Shown in pieces: positions 25,400 through 38,559 of a DNA stretch of 64,000 nt. The position numbers and the translations under genes were made by a program. Location of the stretch: assembly GCA_030141605.1 (NCBI GenBank), contig JAQGDQ010000775.1:33749-97748 (forward strand). Direction: 5' to 3'. Origin of the DNA: Tubiluchus corallicola. Its lineage: Eukaryota > Animalia > Priapulida. How positions within the stretch are numbered: the first letter of the stretch is position 1; each line of letters begins with the position of its first letter. The notes beneath the pieces were generated by a model, which was given only the letters and a program-made list of their open reading frames with translations, was not told the origin of the DNA and made no database searches.

Positions 25400-25800
25400 G
25401 TTGATATCATTACTATCAACTAAGTCAAGTCTTTTATTGTGTTGAACCGGTCGATTTAGATAATTCTAACGGAAATAAGAACTATTTAATTTCCTGCCAT
25501 CAGCTAATTGAACAGTGGCAGAACGAATTTGTCCATCAATAGATGGAGGTAAATCAATAACTATTGCTAAACGTCACTATGAATGTGGTAAATTGTCATG
25601 CACAAGAACAACTTCATTAATACGGGGAAAAATGATTGCCTCCGTTTAGTGGCATGGCACTCCCGCCAAAACTGTAGATACTCAATTGACCAACGGTCCC
25701 AAAAACGTTGAAGAATTGCATGGCCCTTTTTTATATTAATCTTTATTAAGATTTGCAGGCTCTCTTCAACATGTACATTCCAAATTAAGTCATCTGAGAT
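25400..25800 (-). mobile_element. BEL/Pao LTR-retrotransposon integrase C-terminal relic (DUF5641-like)
   Basis: QRFWDRWSIEYL, EVVLVHDNLP..RLAIVIDL..DGQIRSATV, RPVQH. Confidence 0.75.
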
Positions 25801-25859
25801 ATGGACACCTATTAGTTTGACTATATCAACACTTTCACCTTTAATAGTAATATTTGTTT

Positions 25860-26900
25860 GGAAAAATTAAAATGCATTTCTCTAATTTTAGAGCTACAAA
25901 ATTTCATATTGTTTAATTGGGCCCATTCCAGTGCTTGTGTTTTTGCAGTCTGCAATTTGGTGGGTTTACCAGATCCACAGATGTCAGGGAAAGATGTATC
26001 GTCAACATACTTGACATAATGTTACAAAATCATTTGACACAGCAATAAATAACTTGGTAAAGCTCATAGTGCCTTTGGCGCACTACCATTTGGCAAAGTC
26101 TAACAAGAGAATTCCGCTTAAATGAGCCAATTTATCAGAGGTTTGATATAAATGATGTAGCATTGGAACAAGAGGGTGATTTGTTTAGTTTCAGGTTAAT
26201 GAGCCCAATAGGTTTTGCTTAACTTCAGGTCCGATGGTCACCCATAGCTTCCAGAACCTTACAAACCACTGGTGTTGAGGAAATTAGACCTAAATATTAA
26301 GTGATTTTGTTTGACTTAGGAATGGGTACTACTTCAACAGATTTGCAAAAATGTGGTACGAAGCCGGTTCGCACGCTACTTTTAAACATTGCGCAAACTG
26401 TTTTACATATAATGGCAGCTAAATCAGATAAATTGCAGTTTGGAAGTTCATCCGTCCCAACAGAATCGTGTGGGTTCAGCTTTAATGATTTGTGTTCAAC
26501 TTCATCAACAGTAATAGTATTGTTATCTGGTACGATACGAGGTGCATAATATTTACAATTACTTCCAATTAGCTAAAAATGCTGACATACCGAAACAAAA
26601 ATCTGGTTCACATCGTCAGCTGACTTACCAAGATTATCTTCATATCCATTCAATGCTACATTTCCTGAACTGCTGCTGTAAGGTTTTAAATCAATAATTT
26701 GCTTAAAGTAAGTCCACCAGGATTATCACTATAAATCAGTAGCGTGACCATGATTCAGCAAAAAACATCTTATGGACGTTCACACAATTTTGTCATTGTT
26801 CGCCCAGACTAGTTATCATCAAATTTCCGTGATTATTTGTAATATTCAAGCAGCATATACTGGACAGCATGTGTTTATTGCGTATCACTTCAGCTTTATT
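25860..26900 (-). mobile_element. Decayed LINE RT fragment (CR1/L2-like)
   Basis: GFVP..VVPIPK, ISSTPVVCKVLE, YVDDT motifs. Confidence 0.7.
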
Positions 26901-26984
26901 TGAACAGTTTAATAAAAATAGCTACAGAATAAAATAGTGCGACAACCCGGGTCTGAAAATTGGTGCACTGAAAATAATTATTAT

Positions 26985-28510
26985 TATGAGTTCATTTCGT
27001 ATAAAATGTACAGCTCACAGAGATAAAGATGTTAGTAAAACAGGTAATACAATGTTTGTAAAGTGTCATATCTACAGACATTCAACTTTATAATAACCAC
27101 ACATTGTAGTTCCCTTGTAATTATATTACATTATACAGTGTTGTAAGGAGCTATAATAGATATCTTAAAACATAATCTTTAAATGAGTTTTTAACCTTTA
27201 ATTTTACATTTTCGTTTAGATCTACAGTACAACCATATTTAAATCTTAAATTTACTTGACTGTTATTTACATAATAGCATAGCTTTGGAATTCTCAATGT
27301 GCAAGAGTTTACAATTTTCCTCACAAAGTTTAATTTTCGACTATCTATTAAATAATTCGCAGGCATTGTGCCACAAAAACACATTAATAATTTGATGCTT
27401 TCATTTTTTATAAAACCGAATATAAGCAGTGTTCCATTTTACCTTAATGGCATTAACTTCATTATTTGATATACCCCCAATTTCGCATCCGTATAATAAA
27501 ATGGGTAGACAATATGTATTGATCAGAGTTTTAGTACCATGTCATTACGATAATGGCGCATACTTGAGAGAATATTATTCACGGAACCAATAAATTTCCT
27601 TTTTACCTTGAAACATCAATAGAAAAACTATCACTTGTCAAAATATCGCAACCCAAATACTTTCCAGATCAGCTGTTTACCGCAAAAACAGATTACGCCC
27701 TCCCCAGTAAAGCTTTTACCAAAATAAAGAAGCCATGTTTTGTTAGGATTAAATGAGATACTCTGTTCTTTACCATATTTTCACAGATTTTAAGCATTTC
27801 ACGTAAGTGTCTACATGACCCTGGCAACAAGGCAATGTCATCAGCATACATGACAGTGCCTACAAAATTATCTGCCACATAACAACCGTAACGAGCTGAA
27901 CGCAATTGACGTATAAGGTCGTCTGTATATACAGCATATAAAATCGGTGATAATACACCTCCTTACTTGACAAAATTGGGTACTATACTGATCTTGCCAT
28001 TTGACACAGCCTGTAAGTTTACTATACCAATTCATTAATACGTTAATAAATATTTTGGGAACCAGTTTATCTAGCAGTTTTATAAACAACCCTCCATGCA
28101 GTACTCTATTAAAAGCTTTGGAGGCATCTAGAAATGCGACATATACAGGATTATTCCTTGTGGGGAAAAATTACAGTTTCTTTTATGGTATATATGGCAT
28201 GACTGCAACTTGATTCAACTTTAAAACCGAATTGTAATTCGTCACTTTCTAAGCAATCACCGAATTTTCGTCAGTAAAACAGATTCAAATAATTTTGAGA
28301 TAGTGGGAGATAGAGTCACTGCACTATAATTATTGAAATCTGTTAGGTCGCCATTGTTATCTTTAACAACAGGTACAATTATTCCTTTCCCAAAATCATT
28401 TGGCACATAACAGTGTATGTACATAAGATTAAACAGCATTGCTATGTACAGTGATAATACTCTAGGAGCGTGTATTAAATGTTCAGCATATATTTGATCA
28501 TAGCCGCCCC
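26985..28510 (-). mobile_element. LINE 3' portion (RT to 3' UTR); inverted paralog of 51370-52210
   Basis: GIIVPVVKD..NY..VTLS..SKLFE, FLDASKAF, MYADDIALL, CLPILLYGCE; close match to the reverse complement of 51370-52210. Confidence 0.88.
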
Positions 28511-28864
28511 TCAATGTTTCAATGTACTTATCAAAGCACCATTTATCTGCGCCTTTACATTATAGAGTTGGCTTTTGCAGTTATTTGTTATTGCTAATGG
28601 ATGTTCTCTAGAACGGCGCACATCACAAGATTTCCCAGAGAAGAAATTGGTGCAAAACCGAAAATGCGTACGATTTTGTTTGAAAGTAATAGGCACATGT
28701 CAAGTTAATGTCACCAACAATAATTTCACACTTTTGGTTAACAACTTTTTGTGAAAATTCAGGATTTTCCATACAGTTGACTTAATACTATAATGCTGCT
28801 CATATCACAAAGAGAATCTATTCAATCATAATTATCGTAGAAGAAGTTAAAGTCTGCTTACCAA

Positions 28865-29690
28865 ATGCAGTTCAACTTCACTCAAAGAGGTATTTTATCA
28901 GTTCAGGTTTTTGCACTTCGGCCGGCCAAAACTGCTTTAAAAAGGTGTTGCTTTTGTCTTCTTCGAAAAGTGATTTTTGGATTCGCAGCAGTTTGTTTAC
29001 TAACATTATTAATCGCCTACAAAATAAATGTCTCAGTGAGAACAAGTTCATTACTTTCGGTGAAAATTCAAAGCTTTTCACATCTAATGCACGTTCAGGG
29101 GATTTTCGGCAATATTTGTCATCATACACAGACGACTACAAAGCTAATTCACACACTGAGAGACTGGCGCTGATTGATAAAGTCTGCAAGAGAAAGAACA
29201 TTTCTGCTGCAGTTGAGTCCAGTTTCAAATACATTATAGTTAATGATAAGTACAAATTGCTGTATTGTCATATTCCAAAGATTGCTACAACTAGATGGTT
29301 GACAGCTTTGGAACAAAACCGAGAAATGAAAAGCATTCGTCCAATGGAAGCGCATCATAAACAAAACGAAAATCATCTTGGAAAATATTCTCAAGCAGAA
29401 AGAGAGTCCCGTTTGAGCAGTTATTTTAAGTTTCTCTTTGTGCGACATCCTTTGGATAGAATTGTCTCAGCGTTTTAAGATAAAGCTAATAAATCATCAA
29501 AAGTCTCTGATGCGCAAAGATACTTGAATGCAAGCAAGACTTATCGCAACAAAATCCAGTTTCAACAAGGACGAAGTGTTGACATGAAGAGATTCAATGA
29601 ATTTATTTTGTTTTTGTTAGACAAATCTTCTCGTTCACCTAAAAACCAAAGACATATAAATGAACATTGGGAACATTTCTTCACGCATCA
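28865..29690 (+). pseudogene. Intronless CHST11/chondroitin-4-O-sulfotransferase-like (Sulfotransfer_2) pseudogene
   Basis: Signal anchor VIFGFAAVCLLTLLIAY in the 28865 frame, then a frameshift to IIVNDKYKLLYCHIPKIATTRW (5'-PSB) and YFKFLFVRHPLDRIVSAF* (3'-PB, stop 29476-29478), FNEFI..INEHWEHF, then truncation. Confidence 0.85.
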
Positions 29691-31604
29691 CGTTCTTTCA
29701 CTTGCTTGATAGTGACTTTCGGAATTATTGAATTTACAACTAACGAGAGCGCATGCAGAATTTCTGGAGACTGTAGCGTTTCCTTGACTTTTGAGTTCAT
29801 TTCTAAGTTATTAATTTCATTGACAATTTGTTCATCATCTATAATAGGCTTGTCTTCTTCAGCAGACGACATCATTCAGACTAGTATGCGTTATTCCTTG
29901 TATTAAATCACTTATTCCAGCAACATCATAGACATAGTTAATCATAGAATATCATTTTAGCGATTACTTCTAGTTGCCATAATAAAACCCAGAAACGTTT
30001 AGTGCATATTTCCTGCACATTTAAATTTACTGTATTTTACTGTACGATATAGTATACAGTTTGAGTTTAGAGAACAGCCTGAAACACGTGCGTTCGTCTC
30101 GGTTGCTGAACCCCTGAGCTAGCAAAGTTACTCATGATAATTTAATTTAAGATATATTAATTTTCTAAGGTTGTAACAGTTACCATTAGTATATAATTAA
30201 GCATTCAAAATTAGAAAAAAACATAAACATTATCGCTCTATGTCCTTTGGACCCTTTGCATACTATGACATCAGACAAGATAAGCAGGCATTGTTGTTGC
30301 CACCATGCTGATTTCTAAAAATTCATTTTATTTTGTTAGTCAACTCACCTTTGGAGCTGTCTACACTATTAAAATTGTTGTTGAAACTGACGATAATGCA
30401 ATTTGCCACGTGGGTTTGTTTACACATTGAATAACATCATTTTACCCATGATCCTGTGCGCGGCACGCGAAGAACGCAAAGTGAAGTCCACCCTCAAACC
30501 TAGTAATTATAGGCCTACAGAATGTGTAAACATACTTAATCATCAATGTCCACAGAAAAGTCTGCCCATACCATAGATGTTTTAAAAAGGTTTAAAACTA
30601 CTTTAAAGTAAAAGCCCAACCTGACCAACGATTTTTAGCAAAACGTTTAAAGAACACGTGTCAAAATGACGTTCCATTTGCTTCTGTAAAATAATTAAGT
30701 AATTATATAAATAATTTTGGAATTTTACTTACATTGCTGTAAACATGAAATTTTGTGGTCAGGCGACCATTCACTGATGACGTCAAGGCAGGAAACTGTA
30801 AAGCCTCGTTTAACACGCAGGAAAGCGTTGCCAGCCGTTTATTGTCCACTTCCGAGTCTGGAACTCGGCGGGGGGGGGGGGTTGCACACGTAAAACCCAC
30901 AAAAAAGTTGTACAATGCAAGAACAACTTCTGTATTACCAACAGTTCGACAGACAGAACGCGACAACTCGTCAGACAAATTACAAGTCAGCACAACAGCT
31001 ACTGTATCATTTGCATATTCAATACAGGCACAGGCATCCCATAATGCTTTTCTGACAATCTTGCCGTGACGTCATTCGCAAACGCAGCCGAATTTCGGCG
31101 AGTGCAGATACAGTACTGCAAATGTTCAAATTGATGAGATTTAAGGCCTCATTAATAATAATTACTGAATCCGCGCATAAAAACTGGGTATGTGATTTAA
31201 TTATTTCTCTTCTGCGTATGTTTGTTGGTTTTCATAATTACAAAAATGAGTCGGCCTTTATTTTAACGTTTTAATAACTACTCAAATAATCACTTCACAA
31301 AGAACAGTATCGCGTTGATGTGGAAAAGAAGTATTTTTTCCGTTACTAAGGACGCAAAGCGATAATTTCCGAAGAGTCGCGCCTAGTTCAGTGTGCGCCA
31401 AAGAATGCGCGGTATCAACGGGTCAAAAGCCAATGTAATGGAAGGAAATCGTACTTTAGTTGAAAATGTTGTCATGTATTTGACAAAATGATTCGCTTCC
31501 AAAACTTGTTACTTGAGGATCGGACACATAGACGCCATCAGGGGTTTATATTAAATGCAAGCACAAATATTCAGAAGTGATCGAAATTTTGTTTCAGATA
31601 TAAT

Positions 31605-31821
31605 AATTATTATTTTATACGTTTTGGAATAACACCATCTGCAACTCAATACTGATTTCCAAGGTGGTCAAAGGTATTATTACCCGCATGTTACTTCGAA
31701 GTGCTTGCTGGCAGAGCCAGCCGTACCATTTTTCAACTCTTATGTTTAACTTGGTGGAGAGTTGAACCTGCAACCTTCCAGGTGATAAGTGAGCATGCTA
31801 CCATTGAGCTACGCCACCCGG
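31605..31821 (-). mobile_element. tRNA-derived SINE
   Basis: Head GGGTGGCGTAGCTCAATGG (A box)..GGTTCAACTC (B box), core TTGAAAAATGGT, AT-rich tail; second copy at 54455. Confidence 0.8.
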
Positions 31822-31892
31822 TATGATGTACTTTAGTAGATTCCAAATCAAATTTTGGCAAATTTAAATGCTTTATTTTTGCATCCCGTGGG

Positions 31893-31989
<97 letters not shown>
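31893..31989. repeat. (AAT)n microsatellite
   Basis: Perfect run. Confidence 0.98.
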
Positions 31990-31990
<1 letters not shown>

Positions 31991-33246
31991 TAGCAAAGGC
32001 CCCGCAAAAAATTTTGCGTATGAGTACACTTACGAACATCCTACATAGTCCTCACTTATAACCAGGCTGCGTAAGATTATGGATATCCATAAAATAAGAC
32101 CAAAAATCCATAAAATAAAATTTGAAAAATTCATAAAATAAGAAATGCATAAAATCAAAAAATATTTTTTTTTGTGATTTTTTGTACAAAGTAACGAGTT
32201 GTAAGCATTGGCGATACTGAAAACGAATGTTAGAAGCAGAGAAAGAGAAAGAAAACAAACCAACAAAAGCGCATTTCCGGATTTGCTATTTTACATTGTT
32301 TTTTCTCATTGTCTTTTTGTTATCAAGATGGCGAAGTTTCAACCAAAGCATGAGCTGGAGTTCTTTCTGAAACTGGCAAAGTTTCAACCAAAGCATGAGC
32401 TGGAGTTCGGTCTGAAACTAAGTCCTGCGTGTTTAAAAACACGTTTCAAGCACTCCTGTTTTACTTTTTAATTGATTTCCCCCTGGGCATCACGTTCCAG
32501 ACATAGTCTATTGATATCCATAAAATAAAATTTCAAAAATCCATAAAATAAGCTATTTTATTTATTTTATACATATCCATAATCTTATGCATCCTGCTTA
32601 TAACGCAAAGTCAGCAGCAGCAGCTTTTACTGAATTAAAGTTATAAACAGAGTATAATGGATGACGTCAGAACAATGGCTTTGCGTCAGCAGTTTTCTAA
32701 GCGAAAACTGCCGAAAATAGAACATGTAATTAACTCGTCAGTACTCCTTTTGGTGGAAGTTTCTTAAAATAGAGCCCACTCCATCGCGTAGCCCTGTTCT
32801 TCCTCTTTCGGAAGAGCTATATATCTCCTTCCAAGAGTCCCACCACGCGCTGCTAGAGCATTTTATCCAGATGCTGTTTGACCAGGTTTTCGAAAAAATC
32901 GCGAGTTGGGTCCGGGAAAACGCCCGTTGCGGGACGCCATGGCCCTTTCGCGAATTCTAAATATGCCTATGACACCCACCGCCGAACGGGCTATCTATCC
33001 ATATCTCAGGCGTATAACTTTTGCAAAAAACGGCCGAAAAATGACCAAAAGGTTTCCCCCCCCCTGTTCGTCCCGCATTCAAGAAATTCAAAAAATATTC
33101 AAAAAATAAACCCCCAATGGCACGACAATGGGTCGAGACCTTTCGTTTGATGTACAGATCGCCGCAAATGGCGCCGTCGTCGAAGCTGTAGCCTGGAATC
33201 TTATATATATATATACATATACATACCAGTAGAATTAATATATAGA
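31990..33246 (-). mobile_element. Complete non-autonomous Helitron, family A (contains a hAT MITE)
   Basis: 5' TCTATATAT at 33246; 3' hairpin CGCAAAA-TT-TTTTGCG, then GGGCCTTTG-CTAG|T ending at 31990; no TSD; several copies in the window. Confidence 0.8.
32063..32596. mobile_element. hAT-type MITE
   Basis: 24-bp TIRs CAGG(C/A)TGC(G/A)TAAGATTATGGATAT; perfect 8-bp TSD CTTATAAC (32055-32062, 32597-32604); subterminal cataaaata repeats; internal 45-bp tandem duplication. Confidence 0.92.
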
Positions 33247-33780
33247 CTAGCAAAGGCCCCGCAAAAAAATTATTCTGAAAAGATAAGATATCTTCGTTTA
33301 AGCTTAAAAATTAACAAAAACGACCCTTGTACGTCTGTACGATTTTCAAATAACATAAAACGGAAGAGTCCAGGTAATATACCTTTCTGTTAATTTACAG
33401 TTCGCTTACCTTTAGAAAAGGCATTATAATGTCAGATTAGAGTAATAACGTCTTGACAGTCATCACAAAAGTAAATAATTCTAAACTCTTGTTAGCTTTT
33501 CCCCCAGGTGAATTCGAGCAAGTTTTTTGTTATTGCAAAAATTAGCTTTGCGGAACACTCACCCACCTGAGCCTTATTTGCGAAAGTAATGACAATCATC
33601 ACAAAGGTAAACAGTTCTTTGGGCGGATTAGCTTTTCCCACGCTATGAGCGCTCGCAAATCTTTTGTCCTTTAGAAAATTAGGTATGCGGAATATTCACC
33701 CAGCAAGAAAAAACAAGCCCTCTCGGACGCTAAGCTATGCAGGTATTAGCTCTTCATAATATAATATTGTCTTCATGATA
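33247..33780 (-). mobile_element. Helitron-A 3' terminus joined to diverged repeat-B-like sequence
   Basis: TTTTTGCGGGGCCTTTGCTAG ends at 33247; the body resembles 34460-34710. Confidence 0.5.
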
Positions 33781-34296
33781 GAGACTAATATATATATATA
33801 TATATATATTTATTTATTTATATATATTATAGCGGTAAGACGCATTAAAATGGAATTGGCACATTGCGTACTCCTAGCTAATAAAATTTAAAATCGCAAA
33901 ACGAACAAGTTTGTCAAAATTTTCAGCAATTTTTATTCGTAAAAGAAAATCTTCGGGTAAAAAAGGTCCCTTAACCAATTATCATTTTAGCTGGTGGTGA
34001 TTTGACCTACAGGCACTCAGCCAAGGGGTTAGTAAAATATGAACACAACAAAATTTTCATAACAAGATTTTTGATATGATATAAAATCACATAATACATA
34101 AAACATCTTCTCTACAATGGTCTGCCACTTATCGAAGTGTAATGAACCTTGTAAAATTATTTCAAATCCAAATGCCTGACTGGAGATGACCTTGTTTTCC
34201 TGTATCTTATTTTGATATTGTATCATAGTTTTTAAAAGTGACCATATTTTAGCATAAAGTTATTGTGTTGTCATTTCGTATACAGTAATGAATGCA

Positions 34297-34339
<43 letters not shown>

Positions 34340-34342
<3 letters not shown>

Positions 34343-35030
34343 TTATAGCGGTAAGACACATAAAATTTAGAATCGCAAAACGAACAAGTTTGTCAAAATT
34401 TTCAGCAATTTTTATTCCTAAAAGATCTTCAGGTAAAATAGAAATGGCCTATGTGAACTTGACGTTCAAATAATACAGGGAAGAGTCACCGTAAAGCAGT
34501 TTTTGTCTGTTCCCAGGGTCGCATACCTTTCACTTCCCAGGCGTTAAAAGATAACAAAAACGATGGATTAGTATCACAGCCTCCGGAGCTTATTTTCGAA
34601 AGAAAAGACAGTCATCCCAAAGGTAAACAGTTCTAAGCTCTTCCATGGGGGTGAGTGCTCGCAAAGCTTTTGTCATTTATAAAATTAGCTTTGCCAAACA
34701 TTTACTCTCCTAGAACACAATAAGCGCTCTGTGCATCTAATTGCTCTTCCCAGGGGGTGAGTGCTCTCCTACTTTCTTTTCTTTGGAAAATTTCCATTGA
34801 AAAATGTTTACTCAGTAGAAAAATGCGCTCTCGTCCACTAATACCTTCGACAATTATTTGCTCTTCCCAAAGGCAGTGTGTTCTCAAACTTTCTCTCCTT
34901 TGCAAAATATTTGCTCGGCCAGGAACAGAAAATAGGCGCTCTCTACCGGTAATAGCTTGGAGGATAAGTGCATTTTTCAAGTTATAGAATCCAAACAGTG
35001 AGAGCAATCTTTGTCTTCATCCTTAAATGT
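34340..35030 (+). repeat. Unclassified interspersed repeat B with internal ~120-bp subrepeats (short copy at 33828-33960)
   Basis: Starts TAGCGGTAAGAC after a (TAT)n/(TA)n tract; reverse complement of 49618-50650. Confidence 0.8.
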
Positions 35031-35389
35031 CATTAGCCTAACAATGTATTCAAGGACACTGAACTCTCGCTCCCCTCCCCCCTCTCTCTCTCTCTATTAT
35101 TAAAAACTGGTAATTAAGGTTTTCCGCGAGTATGCCAAACAACAGATCAGTAACTGAAATTGGTCAGACATCAACGTTTAGTGGATAAATAAGCAGGTTT
35201 TTGCGTCGAGGTAAGAAGAAAGACGAAAGAGCGCGACGCATTTGACTGCTTTGCGCTTAAATAACGCTAATGCGTACGTTAAATGTCGAATTTTCGTCCA
35301 GATGAGAAAACCAGGTTAATGGTTTGAATTAGTAGTAATTGGTATGAATTGTTCAGTTTTCATATAATAAACTCCACTCCTGGTGATAC

Positions 35390-36040
35390 AGATGTTGGCA
35401 AATTTTGAAATGTAATTTAAACAAAACAAAAGCTATTGATTTTGTAAATGGTCAAAATTCCAACTTGCCAAAATTACACTTTTTTGTAATAAAGAGATAA
35501 ATTATGTTAATAACAAGAAAGTGCTTGGAAATACTATTGATAAAGGTATGAATTTTAATAGCCATACTTCTACAGCCAGACAAAGTGCTTGAAAAAATCG
35601 GTTACGACGAGGGTAGGGTACAGTCCCAGGAAATGTGATATTGAATGTAAGTAAAGAATTGCTTGACCAGGAGAAAAACTTTCGTAAAATATTTAAAAGG
35701 CTTAATATGAGATAATATGAGAAATGGCAGTCTCGCTGAATATATTAATCTACTTTGTACCAGACAAGAATGTGACAAATTCCAAAGTTCTTAGTGGAGG
35801 TGTAGAATTCAACACAGGAAATAGATGACGTAGTCACAGTTATTACAACCCCAGAACTAAAGATACTAAGTTTACCATAAAAATTAACCAAAGATGCGAA
35901 GAAACCAAACCAATAAACTTGCTATTGAAAAGAGGAACGCTATCTTTTTATGCAACTTTAGGGAAGCATCCACCAAAGAATGCGCTTGTCATAGTGGGGA
36001 AGCACATACTTCTCACTATTTACTCTTAGTTGGCTTTTAG
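35390..36040 (+). mobile_element. Internally deleted LINE 3' fragment, same family as 56690-64000
   Basis: WQILKCNLNKTKAI..KEINYVNN..MNFNSHTS..RQS matches the 61797-63155 ORF; GEASTKECAC spans the site where the RTE is inserted in the other copy. Confidence 0.8.
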
Positions 36041-36874
36041 TAGACTAAGAAGTCAGAAAAAATCTTATCAAAGTTCTATACTACCGGAAATAAAGAGAGA
36101 TTTGCAGTAAAAGAAATGCATTAGTTTGTGGTAATTTTATACGTGGTGTAAATGACATTGTTGTTGTTTTCATGTAGATTTTATTTCTTTGAATTACCTG
36201 ATCGTATCGATTGTGTGAAAAACAGTAAGATAAGCTTCCACATTCTATTATAAATAAAGAATAGCAGTTGATTTAACAAAAATATTTGCAAAAACTTTTG
36301 AATCTGGTTGCTGTTAGCTATTATTTACAGTGTTCGCAGGTAGAAACGTACTATTTTTTTCAAATACGACTTGCGTGAAAGAGTTGTTACTACACAAACA
36401 CAGTTTCGTGTTCGTGGCACAAGTTATTCTTTGTTACATAGATTTCACCATTCTCTAGTTAGACGGGCACTATCGGAAACGCATTGCACAAAAAACTTTT
36501 AATAGGTCAGCCCTCCAGAAATCATGTCAGCAATCGCCTTTCTCAGTAAGCATTCCAGGATGACTGGCATAAATTCTGACGACCAGGTGTCAGCCATTCG
36601 TCCAGAACTTATCCTAGACGTTTAAATCTCGAATAATTTCGAGCAGCCATGATTATTAAGCTGTCGATATAAGCTTGTAGGGAAAACAAAAAAAGGACGA
36701 AAGTAGGAAAGTAAAATCCTAAAATACCTGCAATTATAAGGAACAATATCAGCTGCATTTATATTTTCATAAGCGCAGGTATCAAAATAGACAAACTCAT
36801 TTGCCCATTTTATATTCCCGTATTTTTATAGCATCCTGCTGTACAACGACAATTTTACTCACATCACTTCTTTG

Positions 36875-37217
36875 AAGCAAAACCGGACTCAATCTTAAAC
36901 TGTAGGTCAAAACAATCTACTCTTTAAAATGTTGAAACGTAACATACTATTTTTTTCAAAAATGACTTACGTGAAAGAATTGTAGTTACCACACAAACAC
37001 ATTTTTCATGTTCGCGCCTCTAGCTCTTCGCTGTTACGTGTATATCGTCATTCGCTAGTTAGACGGGCACTAGCGCCTACATTACTACGAAAGCACAAAA
37101 ACAGGTGCAACAGGTGCTGCACCTCGCAGTTCAGATGTGTTAGTTTGTGACGAGCTGCACCCGTTAGACAGCTCATGCATGAGCACAGCGGTAAATTCGA
37201 AATTTGAATTTTTGTCT
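36875..37217 (+). repeat. Interspersed repeat C, uninterrupted copy (partial copy at 36345-36495)
   Basis: Single GACGGG at 37062-37067 (and 36462-36467), the empty Polinton target site. Confidence 0.85.
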
Positions 37218-37807
37218 GAAAGCACGAGAAAACCCTCCACTTATATAAAGCTTCAAAAAAATTCGTCTCGAGATTTTACACCACTTACGTACTGCCTTTT
37301 GCATATAGGATTTGCTTCGGCAGTAATGCTGTGCAAAACATGTAAATTTCAACTCCCACCGTGACAGTTTCATGCAGCCACTGAAGCCACAAACTTTTAT
37401 CAATAAACAAAAAAGCTTTGAAATCTCGTGTTCTTCTGAAATGTAAAACCTGCGGCATCAAGCCAAGTTTCCTCAACCTTCAGTATTGGAGGCTGGGATA
37501 AATGAGATGCTATAAACTGATTCAATGCGTTGCCATTATTATCGTAAATTTATATTTGGTTTGAAAAGAATCGGCGCAATGCATTTTAAATAAAATCCAA
37601 AAACGAAACTTCTGTGACGCGAATTTCTAAGTTGAAAACTTGTATGTTATAAACTTAAAGGACAAGAAAAGGGGCACCTGAAGTAGGTTTCAGAAAAATC
37701 GCCTTAAAAATCACATGACTTTAAAGCAAGTTTAGCGTATATCATACTCGCGTTGAAAGCATTTTTGTTTGTTTTCATTTTAAATTTCCCGTGATACTGT
37801 TCCGAAG

Positions 37808-38225
37808 TCGCCATTACATGACGTCATATACGCACAACGTAAATTAGTTGAAGAAAAGGAAATGTTAAATTATGTCTTAAAAAACTTTCTGTAAGGTCTG
37901 TAAGATCTGTAAAGTTATATTATTTGCTTGAAAGACTTATGTAACTAGAAAAAATAATTATTTAAAATGTTTTCACCAAATGCTAAAAAGTCGTTGACAC
38001 ACCTCCAGGGTGCACCACTCGTTAACAAAAAAACGCATTTTTTAATCTTATTGACAAGATACAGTAATTCAAAATTTTACTTAGTGACGTGTGTGCTACG
38101 AATGCTCTGATTATTTTTCCGGGGCTACTGCCGGAGCGAGCTCTGTATGCAGTACATAAGTGGTATAAAAGGCCAAGATGAAATTTTTAAGTTTGATATA
38201 AGTAGAGGGTTTTCTTGTACTTTAA
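37808..38225 (+). repeat. Interspersed repeat D (direct copy at 41205-41692)
   Basis: Shared gccatta.atgacgt.atatacgcacaacgtaaat, cacctccagggtgcaccactc, taagt.gagggttttcttgtactttaa. Confidence 0.8.
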
Positions 38226-38559
38226 CGGAATACAGCATGAGTGTTACATAATCCGTGTGCTAGTTAAAAAGTTTGTTTACTTGAAGCTTTAAGCTACATT
38301 ATAGAGTAAAACTGTGAAAAACATAAGCTTGTTCACTTTAGTCATTATTCCAAAATTTTGATTAATACCCCAACTGGTTTTGTAATGGTACTGGTACGAT
38401 ATACAGTCAGTCTTCGTTTTAACGCCAACTTAATATAATGTAAACCTCCCTCATTGCCCATTCATTTGGCAAAATAAAATGTCTTTGACGATCCATTCAC
38501 ACTTGAACAAGTGCAGAAAGATTACAGCACAAAAGCCAAGCAAAAGTGCAGGTCCTGAT

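Noticed and set aside
31745-31821. Possible tRNA gene (also 54455-54535)
   Set aside because: A and B boxes are present, but the cloverleaf is not convincing and both continue into a shared SINE body.
31733-32039. Poly-Ile and poly-Tyr ORFs (also 34288-34473)
   Set aside because: Translations of (AAT)n/(TAT)n microsatellites.
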